From positions 62,001 through 126,000 of the IMG/VR virus record IMGVR_UViG_3300042934_000980: a DNA stretch of 64,000 nt; one strand, written 5' to 3'. The position numbers were made by a program, and so were the translations under genes. Under the pieces are notes generated by a model. That model saw only the letters and a program-made list of their open reading frames with translations, was not told the origin of the DNA and searched no databases. Positions within the stretch are counted from its first letter, which is position 1, and the number at the start of each line of letters is the position of its first letter. Positions 1 to 9,701 of the stretch are shown piece by piece.

Positions 1-1960
1 CGTGGAAGGTGACAAAGTCTTCACCGGGGTAGTCCTTTTGGAACATGCTCAGCATGACGTCGCACATGTTCACCTTGGAGAAGAAGAACAAGCACTTGGT
101 GCCCGGCTCTCGGACATCGAGGTAATAATCCTCGTACGCCTTCTTAGCCACGTCGTAGTAGAACCGGGTCGTGACCTCGTTCTTAAGGATGCTGTCCTCC
201 CACGTCAGGTCATTGTAGCTGCCAAACTGCATCGTCTTTAGGTTGTAACGCCTTGGGTTGATGTCGTACAGGTAGGCCACAATGTCGATGTAGTTCTCAG
301 GCTCCGGCTCTTTCAGGCGGATGTTGACCGGGAACATGATCTTGTAAATCTTGTTGATAAACGGATCGTCTGCCGTCAAGGTTGCCGAGAGCAGCAAGAG
401 CTTGGGGAAGTTGCCGTACATCAACGAGATGCACACCTGGTGGATGGCCTCATGGCCTTCGTCAATGATCCTGAGGCCGCAACCTAGGCTCTTGTACAGG
501 GTGTCTAGGTCAGGGGCGTCCGGATCTTTCTTTTCATTGCGCAGGTACACATCGATCCGCGTCATGGTCAGAATAATGATCTTAGGATTCACCGCCCCCG
601 ACGCCAAAACCCCAGGCAGCCGGCTTAAGTCCTGTTCCCAGAGCAGCACATCCTCAGGTGCAAGCTTAAGGATATCCCCCAGCGCTTTAAGCCACGTGGT
701 CACGTACCGCGGTTGCACCGTGATCAACGTACGGGTGCCCATTAAGAGCATGGTGCGCAAGGCCATGTAAGTGTTGTGAGTCACCACATAGTCTTTGACC
801 ACGTACAGCTTGCTTGGGTGCTCCACGGAGATACAGCAGGTCTCCTGAGGCATCCCACGGTTGATGGAAACAATCTTGAGGGCCAAGTCAGGGTTATGAT
901 GACCACGCGCTTCAGACACCCGCTCAGGGCGTGTGAAGAACATCTCCGGGTATGGGAACTTGATGTACACGTTCGACAAGCGCGGCGTGGAGTTCAGTTC
1001 CGCAATCCCACCCAAACTCCACACCAGTTGCTGCACAAAGCTGGCCGTGCGTGGGTACTCGGTGGTGTAGGTTAAAGTGCCGTCCTGCTCCACGTACCCC
1101 CGGTTGTCCATTAAGCCTTGGAGCAGCTCCAGCCGTTGGACGGTAGAACCTTCCAAGTACTTCTCACTGAGCACTTGGTCTTCGAACCCGACCTTGTACA
1201 TGTTGCGGGCTTCGTTGCGTGGCGCTTTGCGCTCACTGTCCACCAACGGCAGGTAATAGGTCTTGCCCGACTCCACCATCTGTTGCGTGGTCAGGGTGTG
1301 GAACCCACCTTCAGCGGTGCGCACCTCCCACTGATGCTCAGGACAGCAAGTAACGTTACGACCGTCCTCCAAGATGATGATGTAGGTTTCAGTTCGGCCT
1401 TGGGGGTAGACACCGGTGACGTAGGTGTGCGAACCGTCCTGCGTCATCACCAGGTCATCCACCTGCAAGTTGCCGATGGGCACCCAGCCATTGATGGTGC
1501 GCACCGGGGTGTCCACGGCTAAAGCTTTGCCGTAGCCGGTTGAGGCGTTGTTGATCTTGATAGGCCCTGGGGCTAACTGGTAGTTGACCCACTCGTCCTG
1601 ACCTGGGCGGGTGTTTTCATACCCGGGCTGAAACTCAAAGCTTGCAGGTAACCCAAACAGCTCAGGTTCTTCGAACACTTGAATGCGGGTTGGGTTATAG
1701 CCTCGGTGCTGGGCGAAGTCTAAGAACTCCTTGAGCAACGAGGACGGAATGCGGTATTCGGTTTTGTCAAAGTTGGAACGGGCAAAGACGTGGGTCACCT
1801 TCCACGTTGTCTTGTTACGCACACCCGGTACAGGGACCTTACCCACCTTAAAAAGATGAGCTTTGCAAAAGGGCGTGATAACCTGTGCAAGGAACTCCCC
1901 GTAGAACCCAAAGATTCTCAGGTAGTTATGGGCACGGGCAATATGGGCTACATGTCTCAT
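1..1960 (-). CDS. SF2 (DExH) helicase, phiKZ gp75-like, intein-containing; 3' end beyond the window
   Basis: Hand-translated (absent from the ORF track because it is open to the edge): MRHVAHIARAHNYL...; Walker A STGYGK|T split by an intein; motif II IIDEGH (~450-470); motif III LSAT; position next to the gp74-like RNAP subunit. Confidence 0.9.
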   Translation of the reverse strand, partial: MRHVAHIARAHNYLRIFGFYGEFLAQVITPFCKAHLFKVGKVPVPGVRNKTTWKVTHVFARSNFDKTEYRIPSSLLKEFLDFAQHRGYNPTRIQVFEEPELFGLPASFEFQPGYENTRPGQDEWVNYQLAPGPIKINNASTGYGKALAVDTPVRTINGWVPIGNLQVDDLVMTQDGSHTYVTGVYPQGRTETYIIILEDGRNVTCCPEHQWEVRTAEGGFHTLTTQQMVESGKTYYLPLVDSERKAPRNEARNMYKVGFEDQVLSEKYLEGSTVQRLELLQGLMDNRGYVEQDGTLTYTTEYPRTASFVQQLVWSLGGIAELNSTPRLSNVYIKFPYPEMFFTRPERVSEARGHHNPDLALKIVSINRGMPQETCCISVEHPSKLYVVKDYVVTHNTYMALRTMLLMGTRTLITVQPRYVTTWLKALGDILKLAPEDVLLWEQDLSRLPGVLASGAVNPKIIILTMTRIDVYLRNEKKDPDAPDLDTLYKSLGCGLRIIDEGHEAIHQVCISLMYGNFPKLLLLSATLTADDPFINKIYKIMFPVNIRLKEPEPENYIDIVAYLYDINPRRYNLKTMQFGSYNDLTWEDSILKNEVTTRFYYDVAKKAYEDYYLDVREPGTKCLFFFSKVNMCDVMLSMFQKDYPGEDFVTFH
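773..1525 (-). mobile_element. Class 3 intein (251 aa) in the helicase P-loop, with a partial LAGLIDADG domain
   Basis: Starts ALAVDTPVRTINGW; block B CCPEHQW; block F ETCCISV; ends VVTHN|T; removal restores GYGKT. Confidence 0.92.
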
Positions 1961-1986
1961 ATCCGACCTTTGTTAATAGGGCATAA

Positions 1987-2004
1987 GGGAACCCGAAGGT
2001 TCCC
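1987..2004 (-). terminator. Stem-loop with a UUCG tetraloop after the nvRNAP beta' gene
   Basis: Minus strand GGGAACC-UUCG-GGUUCCC followed by UUAUGC. Confidence 0.6.
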
Positions 2005-2018
2005 CGATGCATAGCGGC

Positions 2019-4031
2019 TTAAGTTGCAGCGAGACTCCAGAAACTTTCGAGTACCGAACCCTGACGGTCCATCATCATAAAGGTCTTGGATTCGTTCAAC
2101 ACGTTTTGCTGTTTCTCGTAAATAAACAACCCACCGCCTCCACGGTTGGTGATACAGTTGACAAAGCTGGTGAAGTATTTATCGCCTGGACCATTGACCA
2201 TGGCATAGCTGAGGTTGTTGGGGTCTTTGGCCAAGCAGCAATACAACAGCGACTCGATGTGCACCGCATTGATGCCGGTGATCTCTTGGTTGATCAAGGT
2301 CCAGAACTCGGACAAGACTTCACCAAAGATCTTAGGCGTCACCACTTGGTTGCGCCAGGCGGTGTTGCGTTTGTTGAACGTCATGAAGTTCTCAACGCGG
2401 GCGCGGTGCATGTCCAAGTCTTCGCGGGTATACGGCAAGGAGAACATCGGTGCCAGCGAATTCCACTCACTGAGGTCAACCGCAATGAAGCGCTTGTCCA
2501 CTACCTTCCAGCCGCGATCCAGCACATACTTAAGGAAGTCCAGACTGAACCTGGCATTACGACTGGACACCGAAGTGGTCGCTGCGTGCTGCTGGGTAGT
2601 CTTACCGCCCATCATGATGTCTTCGACTTCATAACGGAACGTCACTTCACTGAAGTACGGCAGCTTGTCAAGCCCCACACCGTCAAGCATGTCCAGCGAC
2701 TTCAAGTCACTCAGGCTCTTAACGATGTCCGAGCGCAGCACCAACTCAGAGCCGGGTGTACAGATTTCTTCACGCAGGAAGATCTCATCGCCGTTACTGA
2801 AGATGATGTCCTTGTCACGGGTATGGGGAACAAATGCTCGCGACGTTGCATTTCGAATGAAGTGCTTGGTCGACAGCATTTTCTGACCCATCGGGTTACA
2901 CAGGGTGGTACCGGAGTACATGCCTGCGTTGGCGTCTTTGCCCATGATGGTGTTGTGCGGGATGGCCGACTTCATCATGCCGTAACATTTGCCACACGGT
3001 TTTCCGGCATTGGTAGAATTACAGAACGCCATGGAGCGCACGGTAACCGTATCGCCGGCTTTGATCTGCCCGACGTTGGTCTGGTCGATCAGCACCACCG
3101 CACCATCGTCCATGATCCGGAACTTGCCCATCAGCGACAACGCAAAGGCTAAGTTCGGGATCTTGATCGGCATGCCCACGGTGGTTCCACAGTCCACCAG
3201 ATGCCCCACACTGTGCAGCGGCGCACTGAGCAGGTGAATCTTGCGGTGGAACCATTCAGCGTCCTTCAAGCCCTTACCGTTGTTGATCAGGGATTTACCG
3301 GAGGCGTTACGCTCACCCAAGCTGTCCGCCACGTTGGTGATGCCGTGGGCGTACGGCACCATCACCGGGTTGGGGTTAATGGTGTTGTTCAAGTCAAACA
3401 CCGCCCCGCGAATGATCGTGGTTTGGAACGCTTGGTTGATACTCACCCCACCGGTACGGGCCAACAGCGCCATGGTGTTGTGGTTCAGGCTCGGTGCTTC
3501 CTTGATGTAGGTTGCAAAGAGCTTTTCACCGTCGTCGATGCTGACCTTCTTGTCGAGGATCTGCTGACGAATATCCATGATGCCGTCGTCTTCCATGAGC
3601 TCGGCCACAGACTCAGCGGTAGCCGAAATCTCATAGCCTTCACTCATGACCACGATCAGGTTGTTGAGCTTGTTCTGCCAGATGTGGATTGCCCGCTTGA
3701 TCCGATCGTTTTCCACCGGATCGTTGATGTGCGGCATCACCTGCTGCAAAGTCCAGTTCAGCGGGGTGGCAAGCGTCTTGTCCTCATAGACCACGTTCTT
3801 GCCACCGTCCGCTTTGTTGGACGGGATCAGCTCATCGACGCTGTACTTAAGGTCGTTGTACATCCGGTGAACGACCAAGCCCTGCCAAGTCAGCATCAAG
3901 GCAAAGGTGTCGGAGTTAACCTTCTTACCGAAGTCATCCTCCACCTGTGCCGCTAACCGCAACCCCCGCCAACGCAGGACTTGGGATTCATCCAGGTTAG
4001 CAAAGTCGCGTAGCTTAATGTGCATACCCAT
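2019..4031 (-). CDS. Non-virion RNA polymerase beta' C-terminal subunit (phiKZ gp74-like)
   Basis: Zn-binding motifs DCGT, FCNS and CGKCYG; trigger-loop-like GQKMLSTKHF; 670 aa; synteny. Confidence 0.88.
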   Translation of the reverse strand: MGMHIKLRDFANLDESQVLRWRGLRLAAQVEDDFGKKVNSDTFALMLTWQGLVVHRMYNDLKYSVDELIPSNKADGGKNVVYEDKTLATPLNWTLQQVMPHINDPVENDRIKRAIHIWQNKLNNLIVVMSEGYEISATAESVAELMEDDGIMDIRQQILDKKVSIDDGEKLFATYIKEAPSLNHNTMALLARTGGVSINQAFQTTIIRGAVFDLNNTINPNPVMVPYAHGITNVADSLGERNASGKSLINNGKGLKDAEWFHRKIHLLSAPLHSVGHLVDCGTTVGMPIKIPNLAFALSLMGKFRIMDDGAVVLIDQTNVGQIKAGDTVTVRSMAFCNSTNAGKPCGKCYGMMKSAIPHNTIMGKDANAGMYSGTTLCNPMGQKMLSTKHFIRNATSRAFVPHTRDKDIIFSNGDEIFLREEICTPGSELVLRSDIVKSLSDLKSLDMLDGVGLDKLPYFSEVTFRYEVEDIMMGGKTTQQHAATTSVSSRNARFSLDFLKYVLDRGWKVVDKRFIAVDLSEWNSLAPMFSLPYTREDLDMHRARVENFMTFNKRNTAWRNQVVTPKIFGEVLSEFWTLINQEITGINAVHIESLLYCCLAKDPNNLSYAMVNGPGDKYFTSFVNCITNRGGGGLFIYEKQQNVLNESKTFMMMDRQGSVLESFWSLAAT

Positions 4032-6269
4032 TTACATGTCCTCACTCTGGGTGTGGTTGGTCATGTCCAGTTCGAACGCAGAGTCCCCCAGACCGGCTGG
4101 GTTAAACTCACGGTGCCCGGTGTAACGGGGCTCGCTCAAATCAGACGGCAGCTCTTTACGGATGGTGTAACCCGAATCCGAGAGCATGCTCGAACCCATC
4201 TTCACAGCCCGGTTGCTGTCGTACTCTTCCGGCTTGATCAGCTGGTCGATGTTAAACGGATCGTCCGCGCGGATAATGCGCTGCACCATGATGTCACGCA
4301 GGTCCGGGGAATACGCCATGGCCAATTGCTTGACCGTTTCCTGCCCACCGTGCTGGCTGGTGCGTAGTCGGCCTTCGGTTTCCCCGGTGTTGCGGTTGCC
4401 CTGGTCGCGGATCCAGCTGCTGTACTTGCTGCTGTCATTGAGTTTGGCTGGCATGCCGTAGAGGTTGGACTTAGGCAGGGCCTGAGCACTCATGTCGGTA
4501 CCAAACTTATCGAGCATCATAAACGACTGGTTCGCAATCAGGATGGGGTTGGCCGTCCGGATCCGTTCGCCCAAGGAGTTAACCATCGTGGCGTGCTGCG
4601 GTTTGAAGTCATACTTCTCACGCAAGGCGTTGATGATCCCCACCCCATAGAGCTCCGTGTCGCTGCGCACATGCACGGTGATCTGCGTAGCGCACACGTG
4701 ATCGACGTGCTCCTGCTTCTCCTCGTCATTGGCATAGGTCTGGTGCACGATGCGGCCAAACTCCGGAAAGCCTGTGTCGTAGAAATCAGTCAGCTCAGCC
4801 CATGCCGACTTGTAGTCACCGGCATTACGGAAAGCGATCACCCGTTTCTGGATGTTCACGTTCACGTAGTTGATGCTAAGCTCCATGAGCATGGAATAGA
4901 TCTGACGACGAAACGCCGGAGTGTTGTTAACGATCACTTCAGCGCGGGTGCCATCGTCATAGACCGGGGCATGATCGTCTGGGATGATCTTTACGCTGAC
5001 GCCCTTGTCACCGTTGGTACCGGCAAACTTGAACTTGACCCGACCCGAGACGATTTCGCGCAGCAGGATGGTCACGTTCCAGTCTTTAAGCTTCACCCGC
5101 TTGATGCCCCGACTCAACGGGTTGATCTTGCCGGTGTTGCCATGGCGGGTATAGTTGCCGTACGCCGAACGGATGAAGTTATCCAACGCTTCGGTGATCG
5201 GGATGTCTTTATTGCCGTTGGCGCCGACCTTGCGCTCGTACCAGCGGCAGACGTTGTTCCACATCTCATTCTGCTTTTTCTCGTAGCGCTCCAGAATTTT
5301 GTTGTGGGGCTGTTCGATGTAATCGGTGCCGCGGTTGTTGGCCCGGTTCTTCATCCGGTCACTGACCACTTCGACCGACATCACTTCACAGTCACGTGGG
5401 GCGTAGAACAGCACGTCATAGGTCAGGTCCGGGGTCTGCAGTGCTTTGCGGGTCAGGCTCACCAAGGCGTTCTCAGTGACACGCTTGCGAAAGCCCATGA
5501 CAATGCCGTCTTCGCGGATGCGCTGGCCGCTGGAGGGGAAGGAGGTAGGGTTACCGTCTTCGTCCTTGTACAGCATCAGCGGAATGTACTCTTCCTCATT
5601 CCATTGATAGCCGCGTTCATGCTTGAACATGCACTTAAGCCGATCCCGTGCATAGGACTCGGTCAGCCAGATGGCATCCTCCTCCGTGCCGAAGTGGGAG
5701 ATCGCCGCCACCTTGGTATTCATGCTAAAGCACCATTCACCGCTTTCGCTGATGCGTGGCGACTTGGCAAAGAGTGTGCCTTTGGAGAAGGTGGTGCCCT
5801 GGCCTTTCATGAGCTTGCGCAGCAGCTCTTTGTCGTACACGTACTCAAAGCCGACCGAGGTGTTCTGAACGTTATAGCGCGGCATCTCCAGGATGTCGTA
5901 CATGTTCTTTTCATCGTTCTTGAACACCACATACATCTTGCTCCAAGGATCGGTAGCAAACTGTTTGTCCATGCTTGGAACGTAGAAGACTTCTTCGACC
6001 ACCATGTGGCTGGGCGCTTCGATACGCCGGGCGGTCTTGGCGTACTGGTACTCAAAGCCTGTGATCATCATGCGCTCATCAGCGCCGCTGGTGACCACCG
6101 ACTTAGGGATCATGTTACCGGCCATGTACATCCGGCCAGCCGATGCTGACCACGGAAACAGGATCAGGTTATTGCTCACCCCAATCAGGGCTGGGTGCAT
6201 CTGATTCGGTGCGCGGAGAAACTGATACTTAACTTTGGGTTTGGACGGTTCTACGACTTGGTCACTCAT
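4032..6269 (-). CDS. Non-virion RNA polymerase beta C-terminal subunit (phiKZ gp71/73-like)
   Basis: EEDAI, KFAGTNGDKGV and RNTGETEGR beta-subunit motifs; SD GGGAG before MSDQVV. Confidence 0.88.
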   Translation of the reverse strand: MSDQVVEPSKPKVKYQFLRAPNQMHPALIGVSNNLILFPWSASAGRMYMAGNMIPKSVVTSGADERMMITGFEYQYAKTARRIEAPSHMVVEEVFYVPSMDKQFATDPWSKMYVVFKNDEKNMYDILEMPRYNVQNTSVGFEYVYDKELLRKLMKGQGTTFSKGTLFAKSPRISESGEWCFSMNTKVAAISHFGTEEDAIWLTESYARDRLKCMFKHERGYQWNEEEYIPLMLYKDEDGNPTSFPSSGQRIREDGIVMGFRKRVTENALVSLTRKALQTPDLTYDVLFYAPRDCEVMSVEVVSDRMKNRANNRGTDYIEQPHNKILERYEKKQNEMWNNVCRWYERKVGANGNKDIPITEALDNFIRSAYGNYTRHGNTGKINPLSRGIKRVKLKDWNVTILLREIVSGRVKFKFAGTNGDKGVSVKIIPDDHAPVYDDGTRAEVIVNNTPAFRRQIYSMLMELSINYVNVNIQKRVIAFRNAGDYKSAWAELTDFYDTGFPEFGRIVHQTYANDEEKQEHVDHVCATQITVHVRSDTELYGVGIINALREKYDFKPQHATMVNSLGERIRTANPILIANQSFMMLDKFGTDMSAQALPKSNLYGMPAKLNDSSKYSSWIRDQGNRNTGETEGRLRTSQHGGQETVKQLAMAYSPDLRDIMVQRIIRADDPFNIDQLIKPEEYDSNRAVKMGSSMLSDSGYTIRKELPSDLSEPRYTGHREFNPAGLGDSAFELDMTNHTQSEDM

Positions 6270-6329
6270 GTGCCAATCTCCCAACTAAAAAGATGCTCTG
6301 ATACAAAGGAAAGATGTGCTACTGATTGG

Positions 6330-6348
6330 ATAATATAGATCTAAAAAT
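6330..6348 (-). promoter_or_regulatory. Early (virion RNAP) promoter
   Basis: Minus strand ATTTTTAGATCTATATTAT; matches a motif repeated 7 times in the window and the phiKZ early TATATTAC element. Confidence 0.7.
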
Positions 6349-6374
6349 GGTTAACCCTTCCAGCAGGTAGCTTT

Positions 6375-6704
6375 ATGCCCATTCCCAATAATACCATCGG
6401 TACCGACAAGGACGTGTACTTTACGGAGCGGTTTAAAACCTTGGTGCGGTCCGAAAAAGAGTTACTGGTGCGCACAGCCTCCTCCACTTCATTGCTTGAA
6501 CAGCACGTGTTGTGGGCCTACCGGAATGACTTCTACCGGTTGCTGCGCTACTACGGTATCCCGTCGCACTTGTGGTGGGTGACCGCCTACATCAACGGGA
6601 TTGAGAACCCTATGCAGGATATCTCAAAAATGGTGGCCTTCTTACGGCCTGATGAATCCACACTGTCCAACGCCATTGCCCGCAGTAATACGGTGCAAGG
6701 GTGA
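6375..6704 (+). CDS. Small conserved protein, LysM/baseplate-wedge (T4 gp53)-like
   Basis: YRNDFYRLLRYYGIPSHLWWVTAYINGIENP pattern; SD AGGT; opposite strand to its neighbours, with a shared terminator. Confidence 0.6.
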   Translation: MPIPNNTIGTDKDVYFTERFKTLVRSEKELLVRTASSTSLLEQHVLWAYRNDFYRLLRYYGIPSHLWWVTAYINGIENPMQDISKMVAFLRPDESTLSNAIARSNTVQG

Positions 6705-6728
6705 AAAATAAAGAATGCTAAACGAGTG

Positions 6729-6753
6729 GGTAGGGAGGCATTGCCTCCCTACC
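6729..6753. terminator. Bidirectional terminator hairpin between convergent genes
   Basis: GGTAGGGAGGC-ATT-GCCTCCCTACC perfect 11-bp stem. Confidence 0.7.
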
Positions 6754-6771
6754 TGCTCTATGGCCGGCTGC

Positions 6772-8226
6772 TTACCACTGCGCCGGACCACTGTGATTAC
6801 CGCTGTTGTCAGGAACCACGCTTGGTGCAATACCGCCTGCGGTGATCGGTGGCATCATCATCATGCCATTGCCCATCATGCCAGCCATCATGGGGTTCAT
6901 CATGCCCATCATGTTGGGTTGCATCCCCATCATGTTAGGCTGCATCCCCATCATGTTCATCATCTGCTGGTTCTGCAATTGCAGGCCGTTGAGCTCGGTG
7001 CGCTGGAGGAAGTTACCACGGCGGGTGCAGTGGTAGACAACCGGCGCGCCGGTTTGCTGGTTGATGGCATGGTGAAGCACACGGCCCAGCTGCTGATCGA
7101 TCTCAGTGCGCTGGTAACGGTCGCCAGCTTGCATCGGCGGCGGCGTCAGGTCGTAGTCACCGACCATCATCGACTGCTGATTGTTCTGCTGACCGTTATT
7201 GACCTGCTGCTGCATGGGCTGCTGCGACTGGGCGTTCTGGTTACTGCTGACCGAGAGCAGCCCTGCCATGTCATTGCGACCCATGGCTTGGTGCTGATGC
7301 TCTTCCTGGGTGTTGTGGCTGTTGTAGTCCATCACCGGCACTTGGCGATAGGTTTCTGGCAGCTCTTCCAGGTGCTCCACCCAGCTCAGGTCGATGTTGT
7401 AGACACCGGCCTTGTCGAAGTCCGCCCGGAACATGTTCTGGACTTTATTCAGCTGTTCAGCGATCTCGGCGTAGCAACCCAGGTAGGCGATCATGCGAGC
7501 AGCCACTGGGGTGGTGGATTCGAAACCGAACTCGCTGGGGTTGTTGACCGCAGGGATCACGGTTTGGAACAGGTGCACGGCCAGCTTGAGAGCGGCGATC
7601 GAGACGGTGTGGTTGTTGAGCTCCACCGTCTGGTTGTCGCTTTGCCCTTCGCTACGCGCCAAGCGCTTGACGATCTCGTTGTAGAACGGGAAGGTGGGCT
7701 TGGCCTTGTAGTAGACGCGCTCGCCCAGTACGTTGCGCCCGCCGCCTTTGGTGACGGTGAAGTGAATGAAACGGTTGTCCAGACCGTCTTCTTCCAGCTC
7801 GATGTGCATACGGGCAAACAGACCCTTGAGCTCATCGCGCACGGTACGCTTGGCGGTCTTGAGGGGCTCCATCATGTCAATGGTTTCTTGACGCCAGGCT
7901 TTCTTGGGCTTGGGCGCGGTGGCAATGCCGAACAGCACGATGGGGTAGGAGCGGAAGACTTCCAGCAGTTTCATGCAGGTCATCTTGCGCATGATCTTGA
8001 ACACCTCGGTCTCCTTGGAGGTGATGTTCTCACAGGCCGGGTGGAAGAAGACCTTGTTGATCACGTTGCCGTCCAGCACGTTGGAGAGCGGCAGGTGCAG
8101 GTCCATCTCGTCGATGCGGATCGGGTATTCGTTGCCATTGGCCGACAGCATGATGCGGCCGTCGTCTTTGACCACCGCGTTCCACGATTTGAGCATCGCC
8201 AAGTACAGCTTGTTCAGTTCGTTCAT
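6772..8226 (-). CDS. Conserved Chimalliviridae protein (phiKZ gp70-like) with a Q/N/M-rich C-terminal tail
   Basis: FFHPACENI motif; lies between the PicA-like gene and nvRNAP beta. Confidence 0.7.
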   Translation of the reverse strand: MNELNKLYLAMLKSWNAVVKDDGRIMLSANGNEYPIRIDEMDLHLPLSNVLDGNVINKVFFHPACENITSKETEVFKIMRKMTCMKLLEVFRSYPIVLFGIATAPKPKKAWRQETIDMMEPLKTAKRTVRDELKGLFARMHIELEEDGLDNRFIHFTVTKGGGRNVLGERVYYKAKPTFPFYNEIVKRLARSEGQSDNQTVELNNHTVSIAALKLAVHLFQTVIPAVNNPSEFGFESTTPVAARMIAYLGCYAEIAEQLNKVQNMFRADFDKAGVYNIDLSWVEHLEELPETYRQVPVMDYNSHNTQEEHQHQAMGRNDMAGLLSVSSNQNAQSQQPMQQQVNNGQQNNQQSMMVGDYDLTPPPMQAGDRYQRTEIDQQLGRVLHHAINQQTGAPVVYHCTRRGNFLQRTELNGLQLQNQQMMNMMGMQPNMMGMQPNMMGMMNPMMAGMMGNGMMMMPPITAGGIAPSVVPDNSGNHSGPAQW

Positions 8227-8236
8227 GTGCTACCCC

Positions 8237-9673
8237 TTATTCGGTGAAATGTTCGTTGATGTTTTGCAGGAAGCTCTTGGCTTGTGCCAGGCCAAGGTCT
8301 GTCCCTGAGATGTTGGTGGAGGTACGGTTGATGCAATAGGTTGCGTTGGTGAACTCACGGGTGTCGTTGTGATCCCCGTTGAACGACACCGCCACCACCG
8401 TTTCACCGAACATGTGGGAATCCACCTCGATGTTCATGATGGTGCGCGCATGCACGTGCGCCGAGTTGTACTTGCGGAAGAAGTGCGACTTGAGCAGGTT
8501 CATGAACTGCTCGACCCGGTGTTGGGTAAAGTTGTCTTGCTCCAGCACCGACATGGCCGGGCCTGGGATCACGACCACTCCGTCGTCACTACCCACCAGC
8601 CCGTTGAAGTCCATCGGGTTATTGGTGGCGCTGAAGTGGAAGCTGGTCAAGCCCACTTGCAGCAGCAAGTGCACGGTAATGAACGCAAGCTCGGTTGCGA
8701 TGATCTCGTGCATGCTGGCCGAACCATACGCCTGACTGGTGAGCAGGGTATTGTCGTCGGCAAAGTTGTTGACGTTCAGCGCAGACAGACTCAGCTCATC
8801 GACGAAGTTGGTGAAGACCCCGGCGATCTCGCCCATGGAGAAACCCATGAACCCACTGAGGTTGTACGCCCCGGTGGAGAACATCATGGTGCGGAAGAAC
8901 GGGTTATCGCTCAGCCCCATCTCACCGATCCCGGCGCCGCTCAGTCCGTCAGCCAGACCGATCTCCAAGCTGGTGCGGCTGCTGCTCATGCCCGCATCAG
9001 TGGCCAGACGTAGCAGTTCACGGGCATGGTGGGTAGGGTTCAGGTTCTGGGTCTTGGAGACGACGATGCCGTTATCCAGATCCGAGGTCACCGAACCGTG
9101 GTACTGGTCTTCACGCCCTTCGGTTTGACACGCCAACAGGCCCAGCGCCTCGTTACCAATGTCCACCGGGCGCATGGCTTTGAGGTTCTTGATCTGGTTG
9201 GGGTCGCCCATCAGAAACTGCGTGGAACTGTCGATGACGTGCTTGACCATCGGGTAGCCGTGGACGTCGGGAACGTTCTGGCTGATGGTGGACCAGGCAC
9301 GCACCGGGACAAACAGGGTGTCCGGGGAAATACCTTCGATCGACACCGAGCCGCCGTGCAGGTAACCAACGACCGACAACTCTTCTTGCAGCATGGCGTT
9401 GTTGGTCACCAGAAAGCGCAGCAGACCGATGCCGCGGCGGATGTTAAAACCGCCTTCCATGCTGACCATACCTTGCGGTTGCGTCGAGATGCCACCAGAG
9501 GCGGCTGCGATGCTGGCCAGCGTGGAGCCGGTGATGCCGCCGCTGTACTGCTCCATCTTGAGCTGATCGATGGCCATGCTGTCGGCGTGCAGCTCATTGT
9601 GCCGGTGAACGTGGTCGTAGTTTTGGTTGCCGATCCCAAACACGGCTTGGATCAGGGTAATTTCTGCAGACAT
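8237..9673 (-). CDS. picA: Phage nucleus protein importer PicA/Imp1 (phiKZ gp69-like)
   Basis: 478 aa; directly downstream of the gp68-like gene in the conserved block; LKAMRPVDI-type motif; mainly synteny. Confidence 0.65.
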   Translation of the reverse strand: MSAEITLIQAVFGIGNQNYDHVHRHNELHADSMAIDQLKMEQYSGGITGSTLASIAAASGGISTQPQGMVSMEGGFNIRRGIGLLRFLVTNNAMLQEELSVVGYLHGGSVSIEGISPDTLFVPVRAWSTISQNVPDVHGYPMVKHVIDSSTQFLMGDPNQIKNLKAMRPVDIGNEALGLLACQTEGREDQYHGSVTSDLDNGIVVSKTQNLNPTHHARELLRLATDAGMSSSRTSLEIGLADGLSGAGIGEMGLSDNPFFRTMMFSTGAYNLSGFMGFSMGEIAGVFTNFVDELSLSALNVNNFADDNTLLTSQAYGSASMHEIIATELAFITVHLLLQVGLTSFHFSATNNPMDFNGLVGSDDGVVVIPGPAMSVLEQDNFTQHRVEQFMNLLKSHFFRKYNSAHVHARTIMNIEVDSHMFGETVVAVSFNGDHNDTREFTNATYCINRTSTNISGTDLGLAQAKSFLQNINEHFTE

Positions 9674-9701
9674 GGTAACCTCTTGATAGGGTGTAATAGT
9701 G

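Noticed and set aside
2007-6149. Long plus-strand ORFs antisense to the nvRNAP genes (also 19054-20889, 56632-58758, 60529-63351 and the minus-strand 44129-46369)
   Set aside because: Shadow ORFs caused by G/C-ending codon bias of the real genes; V/L/H/Q-rich nonsense composition, no motifs and no convincing SD
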